A stretch of DNA of 64,000 nt from Eledone cirrhosa (lineage: Eukaryota). The translations under genes were made by a program, and so were the position numbers. This document shows positions 31,801-49,167 of this stretch, one piece after another (the first letter of the stretch is position 1; every line of letters begins with the position of its first letter). The notes below the pieces were generated by a model. That model saw nothing but the letters and a program-made list of their open reading frames with translations, searched no databases and had not been told where the DNA came from. The stretch is taken from the NCBI GenBank assembly GCA_964016885.1, contig OZ024742.1:284704001-284768000 (forward strand), read 5' to 3'.

Positions 31801-34800
31801 CACCACCACCACCATTACCACAAACACCACCACCACCATTACTACAAACACCACCACCACCATTACCACAAACACCACCACCACCATTACTACAAACACC
31901 ACCACCACCATTACTACAAACACCACCACCATTACTACAAACACCACCACCACCATTACTATAAAAACCACCACCACCATTGCCACAAACACTACCACCA
32001 CCATTACCACAAACCCCACCACCACCATTACTACAAACACCACCACCACCATTACTACAAACACCACCACCACCATTACTACAAACACCACCACCACCAT
32101 TACTACAAACACCACCACCACCATTACTACAAACACCACCACCACTGTTACCACAAACCCCACCACCACCATTACTACAAACAACACCACCATCATTACT
32201 ACAAACACCACCACCACCATTACTACAAACACCACCACCACCATTACTACAAACACCACCACCACCATTACTATAAAAACCACCACCACCATTGCCACAA
32301 ACACCACCACCACCATTACCACAAACACCACCACCACCATTATTACAAACACTACCACCACCATTACCACAAACACCACCACCACCATTACCACAAACAC
32401 CTCCACCACCATTACCACAAACACCACCACCACTATTACCACAAACACCACCACCACCATTACTACTAACAACACCACCACCATTACTACAAACACGACC
32501 ACCACCTCCATTACTACAAACACCACCACCACCATTACTACAAACACCACCACCGCCATTACACAAAGACCACCACCGCCATTACCACAAACACCACCAC
32601 CACCATTACTACTAACAACACCACCGCCATTACCACAAACACCACCACCACCATTACCACAAACACTACCACCACCATTACTACAAACACCACCACCACC
32701 ATTACCACAAACACCACCACCACCATTACCACAAACACCACCACCACCATTACCACAAACACCACCACTGCCATTACTACAAACACCACCACCGCCATTA
32801 CCACAAACACCACCACCACCATTACTACAAACACCACCACCACCATTACCACAAACACCACCACCACCATTACTACAAACACCACCACCACCATTACTAC
32901 TAACAACACCACCGCCATTACCACAAACACCACCACCACCATTACCACAAACACTACCACCACCATTACTACAAACACCACCACCACCATTACCACAAAC
33001 ACCACCACCACCATTACCACAAACACCACCACCACCATTACCACAAACACCACCACTGCCATTACTACAAACACCACCACCGCCATTACCACAAACACCA
33101 CCACCACCATTACTACAAACACCACCACCACCATTACCACAAACACCACCACCACCATTACTACAAACACCACCACCACCATTACTACTAACAACACCAC
33201 CACCATTACCACAAACACTACCACCACCATTACTACAAACACCACCACCACCATTACCACAAACACCACCACCACAATTACCACAAACACCACCACCACC
33301 ATTACCACAAACACCACCACTGCCATTACTACAAACACCACCACCGCCATTACCACAAACACCACCACCACCATTACTACAAACACCACCACCACCATTA
33401 CCACAAACACCACCACCACCATTACTACAAACACCACCACCACCATTACCGCAAACACCACCACCACCATTACCACAAACACTACCACCACCATTACCAC
33501 AAATACCACCACCACTATTACTACAAAAACCACCACCACGATTACGACAAACACCACCACCACCATTACTACAAACACCACCATTACTACAAACACCACC
33601 ACCACCATCACTACAAACACCACCACCACCATTCCTACAACACAACCACCACCATTACCACAAACACCACCACCACAATTACTGCAACACCAGCACCACC
33701 ATTGCTACAACACCACCACCACAATTACCACAAACACCACCACCACCATTACCACAAACACCACCACCACCATTACTACAACACCACCACCACAATTACC
33801 ACAAACACCACCACCGCCATTACCACAAACACCACCACCACCATTACTACAACACCACCACCACAATTACCACAAACACCACCACCACCATTACCACAAA
33901 CACCAACACCACCATTACTACAACACCACCATTACTACAACACCACCACCACAGTTACCACAAACACCACCACCACCATTACCACAAACACCACCACCAC
34001 AATTACCACAAACACCACCACCACCATTACCACAAACACCACCACCACCATTACTACAAACACCACCATTACTACAACACCACCACCACAATTACCACAA
34101 ACACCACCACCACCGTTACTACAACACCACCACCACAATTACCACAAACACCACCACCACAATTACCACAAACACCACCACCACCATTACTACAACACCA
34201 CCACCACCATTACTACAAACACCACCACCACCATTACCACAAACACCACCACCACAATTACCACAAACACCACCACCACAATTACCACAAACACCACCAC
34301 CACCATTACCACAAACACCACCACCACCATTACTACAAACACCACCACCACCATTACTACAAACACCACCACCACCATTACTACAAACACCACCACCACC
34401 ATGACCACAAACACCACGACCACCATTACTACAAACACCACCACCACCATTACTACAAACACCACCACCACCATTACTACAAACACCACCACCATTACTA
34501 CAAACACCACCACCACCATTACCACAAACACCACCACCACCATTACTACACACACCACCACCACCATTACTACAAACAACACCACCACCATTACTACAAA
34601 CACCACCACCACCATTACTACAAACACCACCACCACCATTACTACAAACACCACCACCACCATTACTACAGACACCACCACCATTACTACAAACACCACC
34701 ACCACCATTACTACAAACACCACCACCACCATTACTACAAACACCACCACCATTACTACAAACACCACCACCACCATTACTATAAAAACCACCACCACCA

Positions 34801-37800
34801 TTGCCACAAACACTGCCACCACCATTACCACAAAACCCACCACCACCATTACTACAAACACCACCACCACCATTACTACAAACACCACCACCACCATTAC
34901 TACAAACACCACCACCACCATTACTACTAACACCACCACCACCATTACTACAAACACCACCACCACCATTACCACAAACCCCACCACCACCATTACTACA
35001 AACAACACCACCATCATTACTACAAACACCACCACCACCATTACTACAAACACCACCACCACCATTACTACAAACACCACCACCACCATTACTACAAACA
35101 ACACCACCACCATTACTACAAACACCACCACCACCATTACTACAAACACCACCACCACCATTACTACAAACACCACCACCACCATTACTACAGACACCAC
35201 CACCATTACTACAAACACCACCACCACCATTACTACAAACACCACCACCACCATTACTACAAACACCACCACCACCATTACTACAAACACCACCACCACC
35301 ATTACTACAAACACCACCACCACCATTACTACAGACACCACCACCATTACTACAAACACCACCACCACCATTACGACAAACACCACCACCACCATTACTA
35401 CAAACACCACCACCACCATTACTACAAACACCACCACCACCATTACTACAAACACCACCACCACCATTACTACAGACACCACCACCGCCATTACCACAAT
35501 CACTACCACCGCCATTACAACAAACACCACCACCACCATTACTACAAACACCACCACCACCATTACTTCAAACACCACCACCACCACCATTACTACAGAC
35601 ACCACCACCACCATTACTACAAACACCACCACCACCATTACTACAAACACCACCACCACCATTACTACAAACACCACCACCACCATTACTACAAACACCA
35701 CCACCACCATTACTACAAACACCACCACCACCATTACTACAAACACCACCACCACCATTACTACAAACACCACCACCACCATTACTACAAACACCACCAC
35801 CACCATTACCACAAATACCACCACCACCATTACTACAAACACCACCACCACCATTACCACAAACAACACCACCACCATTACTACAAACACCACCACCACC
35901 ATTACTACAAACACCACCACCACCATTACCACAAACACTACCAGCACCATTACTACAAACACTACCACCACCATTACTACAAACACCACCACCACCATTA
36001 CTACAGACACCACCACCACCATTACCACAAACACCACCACCACCATTACCACAAACACCACCACCACCATTACTACAAACACCACCACTGCCATTACTAC
36101 AAACACCACCACCACCATTACTACCAACACCACCACCACCATTACTACAAACACCACCACCACCATTACTACAAACACCACCACCACCATTACTACAAAC
36201 ACCACCACCACCATTACTACAAACACCACCACCACCATTACTACAAACACCACCACCACCATTACTACAGACACCACCACCGCCATTACCACAATCACTA
36301 CCACCGCCATTACAACAAACACCACCACCACCATTACTACAAACACCACCACCACCATTACTACAAACACCACCACCACCATTACTTCAAACACCACCAC
36401 CACCACCATTACTACAGACACCACCACCACCATTACTACAAACACCACCACCACCATTACTACAAACACCACCACCACCATTACTACAAACACCACCACC
36501 ACCATTACTACAAACACCACCACCACCATTACTACAAACACCACCACCACCATTACTACAAACACCACCACCACCATTACTACAAACACCACCACCACCA
36601 TTACTACAGACACCACCACCATTACTACAAACACCACCACCACCATTACTACAAACACCACCACCACCATTACTACAAACACCACCACCACCATTACTAC
36701 AAACACCACCACCACCATTACTACAGACACCACCACCATTACTACAAACACCACCACCACCATTACGACAAACACCACCACCACCATTACTACAAACACC
36801 ACCACCACCATTACTACAAACACCACCACCACCATTACTACAAACACCACCACCACCATTACTACAGACACCACCACCGCCATGACCACAATCACTACCA
36901 CCGCCATTACAACAAACACCACCACCACCATTACTACAAACACCACCACCACCATTACTACAAACACCACCACCACCATTACTTCAAACACCACCACCAC
37001 CACCATTACTACAGACACCACCACCACCATTACTACAAACACCACCACCACCATTACTACAAACACCACCACCACCATTACTACAAACACCACCACCACC
37101 ATTACTACAAACACCACCACCACCATTACTACAAACACCACCACCACCATTACTACAAACACCACCACCACCATTACTACAAACACCACCACCACCATTA
37201 CTACAAACACCACCACCACCATTACCACAAATACCACCACCACCATTACTACAAACACCACCACCACCATTACCACAAACAACACCACCACCATTACCAC
37301 AAACAACACCACCACCATTACCACAAACACCACCACCACCATTACTACTAACACCACCACTACCATTACCACAAACACCACCACCACCATTACTACTAAC
37401 AACACCACCACCATTACTACAAACACCACCACCACCACCATTACTACAAACACCACCACCACCATTACTACAAACACCACCACCACCATTACCACAAGCA
37501 GTAGCACCACCATTACTACAAACACCACCACCACCATTACTACAAATACTACCACTGCCATTACCACAAACACTACCACCACCATTACTACAAACACCAC
37601 CACCACCATTACTACAAACACCACCACCACCATTACCACAAACACCACCACCACCACCATTACTACAAACACCACCACCACCATTACTACAAACACCACC
37701 ACCACCATTACTACAAACACCACCACCACCATTACTACAAACACCACCACCACCATTACCACAAACACCACCACCACCATTACTACAAACACCACCACCA

Positions 37801-40800
37801 CCATTACTACAAACACCACCACCACCATTACCACAAACACCACCACCACCATTACTACAAACACCACCACCACCATTACCACAAACACCACCACCACCAT
37901 TACTATAAAAACCACCACCACCATTACCACAAACACCACCACCACCATTACTACAAACACCACCACCACCATTACTACAAACACCACCACCACCATTACT
38001 ACAAACACCACCACCACCATTACTACAAACACCACCACCACCATTACCACAAACACCACCACCACCATTACTATAAAAACCACCACCACCATTACCACAA
38101 ACACCACCACCACCATTACTACAAACACCACCACCACCATTACCACAAACACCACCACCACCACCACCACCACCACAAACACCACCACCACCATTACTAC
38201 AGACACCACCACCACCATTACCACAAACACCACCACCACCATTACCACAAACACCACCACCACCATTACTACAAACACCACCACTGCCATTACTACAAAC
38301 ACCACCACCACCATTACTACCAACACCACCACCACCATTACTACAAACACCACCACCACCATTACTACAAACACCACCACCACCATTACTACAAACACCA
38401 CCACCACCATTACTACAAACACCACCACCACCATAAACACCACCACCATCACCATTACCACAAACACCACCACCACCATTACTACAGACACCACCACCAC
38501 CATTACTACAAACACCACCACCACCATTACTACAAACACCACCACCACCATTACTACAAACACCACCACCACCATTACTACAGACACCACCACCACCATT
38601 ACTACAAACACCACCACCACCATTACTACAAACACCACCACCACCATAAACACCACCACCACCACCATTACCACAAACACCACCACCACCATTACTACAG
38701 ACACCACCACCACCATTACTACAAACACCACCACCACCATTACTACAAATGCCACCACCACCATTACTACAAACACCACCACCACCATTACCACAAACAC
38801 CACCACCACCATTACTATAAAAACCACCACCACCATTACCACAAACACCACCACCACCATTACCACAAACACCACCACCTCCATTACCACAAACACCACC
38901 ACCACCATTACTACAAACACCACCACCACCATTACCACAAACACCACCACCACCATTACTACAAACACCACCACCACCATTACCACAAACACCACCACCA
39001 CCATTACTACAAACACCACCACCACCATTACTACAAACACCACCACCATTACTACAAACACCACCACCACCATTACTATAAAAACCACCACCACCATTGC
39101 CACAAACACTACCACCACCATTACCACAAACCCCACCACCACCATTACTACAAACACCACCACCACCATTACTACAAACACCACCACCACCATTACTACA
39201 AACACCACCACCACCATTACTACAAACACCACCACCACCATTACTACAAACACCACCACCACCATTACCACAAACCCCACCACCACCATTACTACAAACA
39301 ACACCACCATCATTACTACAAACACCACCACCACCATTACTACAAACACCACCACCACCATTACTACAAACACCACCACCACCATTACTATAAAAACCAC
39401 CACCACCATTGCCACAAACACCACCACCACCATTATTACAAACACTACCACCACCATTACCACAAACACCACCACCACCATTACCACAAACACCTCCACC
39501 ACCATTACCACAAACACCACCACCACTATTACCACAAACACCACCACCACCATTACTACTAACAACACCACCACCATTACTACAAACACGACCACCACCT
39601 CCATTACTACAAACACCACCACCACCATTACTACAAACACCACCACCGCCATTACACAAAGACCACCACCGCCATTACCACAAACACCACCACCACCATT
39701 ACTACTAACAACACCACCGCCATTACCACAAACACCACCACCACCATTACCACAAACACTACCACCACCATTACTACAAACACCACCACCACCATTACCA
39801 CAAACACCACCACCACCATTACCACAAACACCACCACCACCATTACCACAAACACCACCACTGCCATTACTACAAACACCACCACCGCCATTACCACAAA
39901 CACCACCACCACCATTACTACAAACACCACCACCACCATTACTACAAATGCCACTACCACCATTACTACAAACACCACCACCACCATTACCACAAACACC
40001 ACCACCACCATTACTATAAAAACCACCACCACCATTACCACAAACACCACCACCACCATTACCACAAACACCACCACCTCCATTACCACAAACACCACCA
40101 CCACCATTACTACAAACACCACCACCACCATTACTATAAAAACCACCACCACCATTGCCACAAACACTACCACCACCATTACCACAAACCCCACCACCAC
40201 CATTACTACAAACACCACCACCACCATTACTACAAACACCACCACCACCATTACTACAAACACCACCACCACCATTACTACAAACACCACCACCACCATT
40301 ACTACAAACACCACCACCACCATTACCACAAACCCCACCACCACCATTACTACAAACAACACCACCATCATTACTACAAACACCACCACCACCATTACTA
40401 CAAACACCACCACCACCATTACTACAAACACCACCACCACCATTACTATAAAAACCACCACCACCATTGCCACAAACACCACCACCACCATTACCACAAA
40501 CACCACCACCACCATTATTACAAACACTACCACCACCATTACCACAAACACCTCCACCACCATTACCACAAACACCACCACCACTATTACCACAAACACC
40601 ACCACCACCATTACTACTAACAACACCACCACCATTACTACAAACACGACCACCACCTCCATTACTACAAACACCACCACCACCATTACTACAAACACCA
40701 CCACCGCCATTACACAAAGACCACCACCGCCATTACCACAAACACCACCACCACCATTACTACTAACAACACCGCCGCCATTACCACAAACACCACCACC

Positions 40801-43800
40801 ACCATTACCACAAACACTACCACCACCATTACTACAAACACCACCACCACCATTACCACAAACACCACCACCACCATTACCACAAACACCACCACCACCA
40901 TTACCACAAACACCACCACTGCCATTACTACAAACACCACCACCGCCATTACCACAAACACCACCACCACCATTACTACAAACACCACCACCACCATTAC
41001 CACAAACACCACCACCACCATTACTACAAACACCACCACCACCATTACTACTAACAACACCACCGCCATTACCACAAACACCACCACCACCATTACCACA
41101 AACACTACCACCACCATTACTACAAACAACACCACCACCATTACCACAAACACCACCACCACCATTACCACAAACACCACCACCACCATTACCACAAACA
41201 CCACCACTGCCATTACTACAAACACCACCACCGCCATTACCACAAACACCACCACCACCATTACTACAAACACCACCACCACCATTACCACAAACACCAC
41301 CACCACCATTACTACAAACACCACCACCACCATTACTACTAACAACACCACCACCATTACCACAAACACTACCACCACCATTACTACAAACACCACCACC
41401 ACCATTACCACAAACACCACCACCACCATTACCACAAACACCACCACCACCATTACCACAAACACCACCACTGCCATTACTACAAACACCACCACCGCCA
41501 TTACCACAAACACCACCACCACCATTACTACAAACACCACCACCACCATTACCACAAACACCACCACCACCATTACTACAAACACCACCACCACCATTAC
41601 CGCAAACACCACCACCACCATTACCACAAACACTACCACCACCATTACCACAAATACCACCACCACTATTACTACAAACACCACCACCACGATTACGACA
41701 AACACCACCACCACCATTACTACAAACACCACCATTACTACAAACACCACCATTACTACAAACACCACCACCACCATTACTACAAACACCACCATTACTA
41801 CAAACACCACCACCACCATTACTACAAACACCACCACCACCATTACCACAAACACTACCAGCACCATTACTACAAACACTACCACCACCATTACTACAAA
41901 CACCACCACCACCATTACTACAGACACCACGACCACCATTACCACAAACACCACCACCACCATTACCACAAACACCACCACCACCATTACTACAAACACC
42001 ACCACTGCCATTACTACAAACACCACCACCACCATTACTACCAACACCACCACCACCATTACTACAAACACCACCACCACCATTACTACAAACACCACCA
42101 CCACCATTACTACAAACACCACCACCACCATTACTACAAACACCACCACCACCATAAACACCACCACCACCACCATTACCACAAACACCACCACCACCAT
42201 TACTACAGACACCACCACCACCATTACTACAAACACCACCACCACCATTACTACAAACACCACCACCACCATTACTACAAACACCACCACCACCATTACT
42301 ACAGACACCACCACCACCATTACTACAAACACCACCACCACCATTACTACAAACACCACCACCACCATTACCACAAACACTACCAGCACCATTACCACAA
42401 ACACCACCACCACCATTACTACAGACACCACCACCACCATTACTACAAACACCACCACCACCATTACTACAAACGCCACCACCACCATTACTACAAACAC
42501 CACCACCACCATTACCACAAACACCACCACCACCATTACTATAAAAACCACCACCACCATTACCACAAACACCACCACCATCATTACCACAAACACCACC
42601 ACCTCCATTACCACAAACACCACCACCACCATTACTACAAACACCACCACCACCATTACCACAAACACCACCACCACCATTACTACAAACACCACCACCA
42701 CCATTACCACAAACACCACCACCACCATTACTACAAACACCACCACCACCATTACTACAAACACCACCACCACCATTACTACAAACACCACCACCACCAT
42801 TACTATAAAAACCACCACCACCATTGCCACAAACACTACCACCACCATTACCACAAACCCCACCACCACCATTACTACAAACACCACCACCACCATTACT
42901 ACAAACACCACCACCACCATTACTACAAACACCACCACCACCATTACTACAAACACCACCACCACCATTACTACAAACACCACCACCACCATTACCACAA
43001 ACCCCACCACCACCATTACTACAAACAACACCACCATCATTACTACAAACACCACCACCACCACTACTACAAACACCACCACCACCATTACTACAAACAC
43101 CAACACCACCATTACTATAAAAACCACCACCACCATTGCCACAAACACCACCACCACCATTACCACAAACACCACCACCACCATTATTACAAACACTACC
43201 ACTACCATTACCACAAACACCACCACCACCATTACTACAAACACGACCACCACCTCCATTACTACAAACACCACCACCACCATTACTACAAACACCACCA
43301 CCGCCATTACACAAAGACCACCACCGCCATTACCACAAACACCACCACCACCATTACTACTAACAACACCACCGCCATTACCACAAACACCACCACCACC
43401 ATTACCACAAACACTACCACCACCATTACTACAAACACCACCACCACCATTACCACAAACACCACCACCACCATTACTACAAACACCACCACCACCATTA
43501 CCACAAACACCACCACCACCATTACCACAAACACTACCACTACCATTACCACAAATACCACCACCACTATTACTACAAACACCACCACCACCATTACTAC
43601 AAACACCACCATTACTACAAACACCACCACCACCATTACTACAAACACCACCATTACTACAAACACCACCACCACCATTACTACAAACACCACCACCACC
43701 ATTACTACAGACACCACCACCACCATAAACACCACCACCACCACCATTACCACAAACACCACCACCACCATTACTACAGACACCACCACCACCATTACTA

Positions 43801-46800
43801 CAAACACCACCACCACCATTACTACAAACACCACCACCACCATTACTACAAACACCACCACCACCATTACTACAGACACCACCACCACCATTACTACAAA
43901 CACCACCACCACCATTACTACAAACACCACCACCACCATAAACACCACCACCACCACCATTACCACAAACACCACCACCACCATTACTACAGACACCACC
44001 ACCACCATTACTACAAACACCACCACCACCATTACTACAAATGCCACCACCACCATTACTACAAACACCACCACCACCATTACCACAAACACCACCACCA
44101 CCATTACTATAAAAACCACCACCACCATTACCACAAACACCACCACCACCATTACCACAAACACCACCACCTCCATTACCACAAACACCACCACCACCAT
44201 TACTACAAACACCACCACCACCATTACCACAAACACCACCACCACCATTACTACAAACACCACCACCACCATTACCACAAACACCACCACCACCATTACT
44301 ACAAACACCACCACCACCATTACTACAAACACCACCACCATTACTACAAACACCACCACCACCATTACTATAAAAACCACCACCACCATTGCCACAAACA
44401 CTACCACCACCATTACCACAAACCCCACCACCACCATTACTACAAACACCACCACCACCATTACTACAAACACCACCACCACCATTACTACAAACACCAC
44501 CACCACCATTACTACAAACACCACCACCACCATTACTACAAACACCACCACCACCATTACCACAAACCCCACCACCACCATTACTACAAACAACACCACC
44601 ATCATTACTACAAACACCACCACCACCATTACTACAAACACCACCACCACCATTACTACAAACACCACCACCACCATTACTATAAAAACCACCACCACCA
44701 TTGCCACAAACACCACCACCACCATTACCACAAACACCACCACCACCATTATTACAAACACTACCACCACCATTACCACAAACACCACCACCACCATTAC
44801 CACAAACACCTCCACCACCATTACCACAAACACCACCACCACTATTACCACAAACACCACCACCACCATTACTACTAACAACACCACCACCATTACTACA
44901 AACACGACCACCACCTCCATTACTACAAACACCACCACCGCCATTACACAAAGACCACCACCGCCATTACCACAAACACCACCACCACCATTACTACTAA
45001 CAACACCACCGCCATTACCACAAACACCACCACCACCATTACCACAAACACTACCACCACCATTACTACAAACACCACCACCACCATTACTACAAACACC
45101 ACCACCACCATTACCACAAACACCACCACCACCATTACCACAAACACCACCACCACCATTACCACAAACACCACCACTGCCATTACTACAAACACCACCA
45201 CCGCCATTACCACAAACACCACCACCACCATTACTACAAACACCACCACCACCATTACCACAAACACCACCACCACCATTACTACAAACACCACCACCAC
45301 CATTACTACTAACAACACCACCGCCATTACCACAAACACCACCACCACCATTACCACAAACACTACCACCACCATTACTACAAACACCACCACCACCATT
45401 ACCACAAACACCACCACCACCATTACCACAAACACCACCACCACCATTACCACAAACACCACCACTGCCATTACTACAAACACCACCACCGCCATTACCA
45501 CAAACACCACCACCACCATTACTACAAACACCACCACCACCATTACCACAAACACCACCACCACCATTACTACAAACACCACCACCACCATTACCGCAAA
45601 CACCACCACCACCATTACCACAAACACTACCACCACCATTACCACAAATACCACCACCACTATTACTACAAAAACCACCACCACGATTACGACAAACACC
45701 ACCACCACCATTACTACAAACACCACCATTACTACAAACACCACCATTACTACAAACACCACCACCACCATTACTACAAACACCACCATTACTACAAACA
45801 CCACCACCACCATTACTACAAACACCACCACCACCATTACCACAAACACTACCAGCACCATTACTACAAACACTACCACCACCATTACTACAAACACCAC
45901 CACCACCATTACTACAGACACCACCACCACCATTACCACAAACACCACCACCACCATTACCACAAACACCACCACCACCATTACTACAAACACCACCACT
46001 GCCATTACTACAAACACCACCACCACCATTACTACCAACACCACCACCACCATTACTACAAACACCACCACCACCATTACTACAAACACCACCACCACCA
46101 TTACTACAAACACCACCACCACCATTACTACAAACACCACCACCACCATAAACACCACCACCACCACCATTACCACAAACACCACCACCACCATTACTAC
46201 AGACACCACCACCACCATTACTACAAAAACCACCACCACCATTACTACAAACACCACCACCACCATTACTACAAACACCACCACCACCATTACTACAGAC
46301 ACCACCACCACCATTACTACAAACACCACCACCACCATTACTACAAACACCACCACCACCATTACCACAAACACTACCAGCACCATTACCACAAACACCA
46401 CCACCACCATTACTACAGACACCACCACCACCATTACTACAAACACCACCACCACCATTACTTCAAACGCCACCGCCACCATTACTACAAACACCACCAC
46501 CACCATTACCACAAACACCACCACCACCATTACTATAAAAACCACCACCACCATTACCACAAACACCACCACCATCATTACCACAAACACCACCACCTCC
46601 ATTACCACAAACACCACCACCACCATTACTACAAACACCACCACCACCATTACCACAAACACCACCACCACCATTACTACAAACACCACCACCACCATTA
46701 CCACAAACACCACCACCACCATTACTACAAACACCACCACCACCATTACTACAAACACCACCACCACCATTACTACAAACACCACCACCACCATTACTAT

Positions 46801-48547
46801 AAAAACCACCACCACCATTGCCACAAACACTACCACCACCATTACCACAAACCCCACCACCACCATTACTACAAACACCACCACCACCATTACTACAAAC
46901 ACCACCACCACCATTACTACAAACACCACCACCACCATTACTACAAACACCACCACCACCATTACTACAAACACCACCACCACCATTACCACAAACCCCA
47001 CCACCACCATTACTACAAACAACACCACCATCATTACTACAAACACCACCACCACCATTACCACAAACACCACCACCACCATTACCACAAACACCACCAC
47101 CACCATTACCACAAACACCACCACCACCATTACTACAAACACCACCACCACCATTATTACAAACACCACCACCACCATTACCACAAACACCTCCACCACC
47201 ATTACCACAAACACCACCACCACTATTACCACAAACACCACCACCACCATTACTACTAACAACACCACCACCATTACTACAAACACGACCACCACCTCCA
47301 TTACTACAAACACCACCACCACCATTACTACAAACACCACCACCGCCATTACACAAAGACCACCACCGCCATTACCACAAACACCACTACCACCATTGCT
47401 ACTAACAACACCACCGCCATTACCACAAACACCACCACCACCATTACCACAAACACTACCACCACCATTACTACAAACACCACCACCACCATTACCACAA
47501 ACACCACCACCACCATTACTACAAACACCACCACCACCATTACCACAAACACCACCACCACCATTACCACAAACACTACCACTACCATTACCACAAATAC
47601 CACCACCACTATTACTACAAACACCACCACCACCATTACGACAAACACCACCACCACCATTACTACAAACACCACCATTACTACAAACACCACCATTACT
47701 ACAAACACCACCACCACCATTACTACAAAACACCACCACCACCATTACCACAAACACTACCAGCACCATTACTACAAACACTACCACCACCATTACTACA
47801 AACACCACCACCACCATTTCTACAAACACCACCACCACCATTACTACAAACACCACCATTACTACAAACACCACCACCACCATTACTACAAACACCACCA
47901 CCACCATTACTACAAACACCACCACCACCATTACTACAAACACCACCACCACCATTACTACAAACACCACCATTACTACAAACACCACCACCACCATTAC
48001 TACAAACACCACCATTACTACAAACACCACCACCACCATTACTACAAACACCACCACCACCATTACCACAAAAACTACCAGCACCATTACTACAAACACC
48101 ACCACCACCATTACTACAAACACCACCACCACCATTACTACAAACACCACCACCACCATTACTACAAACACCACCATTACTACAAACACCACCACCAGCA
48201 TTACTACAAACACCACCACCACCATTACCACAAACACCACCGCCACCATTACTACAGACACCACCAACACCATTACGACAAACACCACCACCACCATTAT
48301 TACAAACACCACCACCATTACTACACACACCACCACCACCATTACTACAAACACACCACCGCCATTACTAAAAACACCACCACCGCGATTACCACATCCA
48401 CCAAACCACCATTACTACAAACACCACCACCACCATTAGTACAAACACTACCACCACCACCTTTACCACAAACACCACCACCACCATTACTACAAACACC
48501 ACCACCACCATTACTACAAACACCACCACCACCATTACTACAAACAC
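16861..48547. repeat. 24-bp tandem minisatellite, consensus ACCACCACCACCATTAC(T/C)ACAAAC, ~1300 monomers (left arm)
   Basis: Continuous 24-mers with +/-3-bp ACC slippage variants and recurrent 1-bp deletions. The 8-aa periodic ORFs (TTTTITTN, PPPPLLQT, HHHHHYYK, VVVVFVVM, GGGGVCSN) reflect the period. Confidence 0.98.
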
Positions 48548-49167
48548 AAAATAGATTCTCTTGCCCCTAAAAATCGCTATTACTCCCACTCTCTCTAATA
48601 TATACGTCCCTCTCGCTCTCTCACTCCCTAATATAAATAAGAATGTTACGAAGGACAAAACCTCAGAATTTGTCAACTCTTATTAAATGGTCAGTCGATT
48701 CTACGAAAATGTAATGTATAATAGAACATTTTCTTCTTGTCTCCTAAAACTTGGTTCATTCATCCATATATATCTACAATCGTTATTATCCTATAATTCC
48801 ATCTCACTGTTCTAAATTAATCTTCTCCACGCTTGTTCTAAATAATCTTCTCTTTGCTAACTTGTTCTAAATAATCTCCACTTTGCTACCATTTTGGCCG
48901 AAAAAATAAATTTTCCAGGATTCATAAAAATAGATTCTCTTTGCTAACTACCCCATATCCCTCCTTCCCACCCCCACTCTCCACCTTTACTATTTGGACC
49001 AATCACAAGTCAACGGCCTATGCGATCACTACTGGGTGCTTTTCGATATGATGGATGGACTAAGGAATTTCTGGAGAGTCTGAAGAATCTGGACACACGA
49101 TGACAATGCCAAAGATAACGACAAATTCACCTCATGCTGCCGGACGAAAGGGCAAGGCCCCCCCTCT

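Noticed and set aside
16733-48439. Giant Thr-, Pro-, His-, Val- and Gly/Cys-rich ORFs (mucin, extensin, loricrin-like)
   Set aside because: All are phases of the same 24-mer, overlapping in up to five frames, with frequent frameshifts and no unique domains.
48632-49003. TATAAATA (48632) and CCAAT (48999) as promoter elements
   Set aside because: Wrong order and spacing, and expected by chance in AT-rich sequence.
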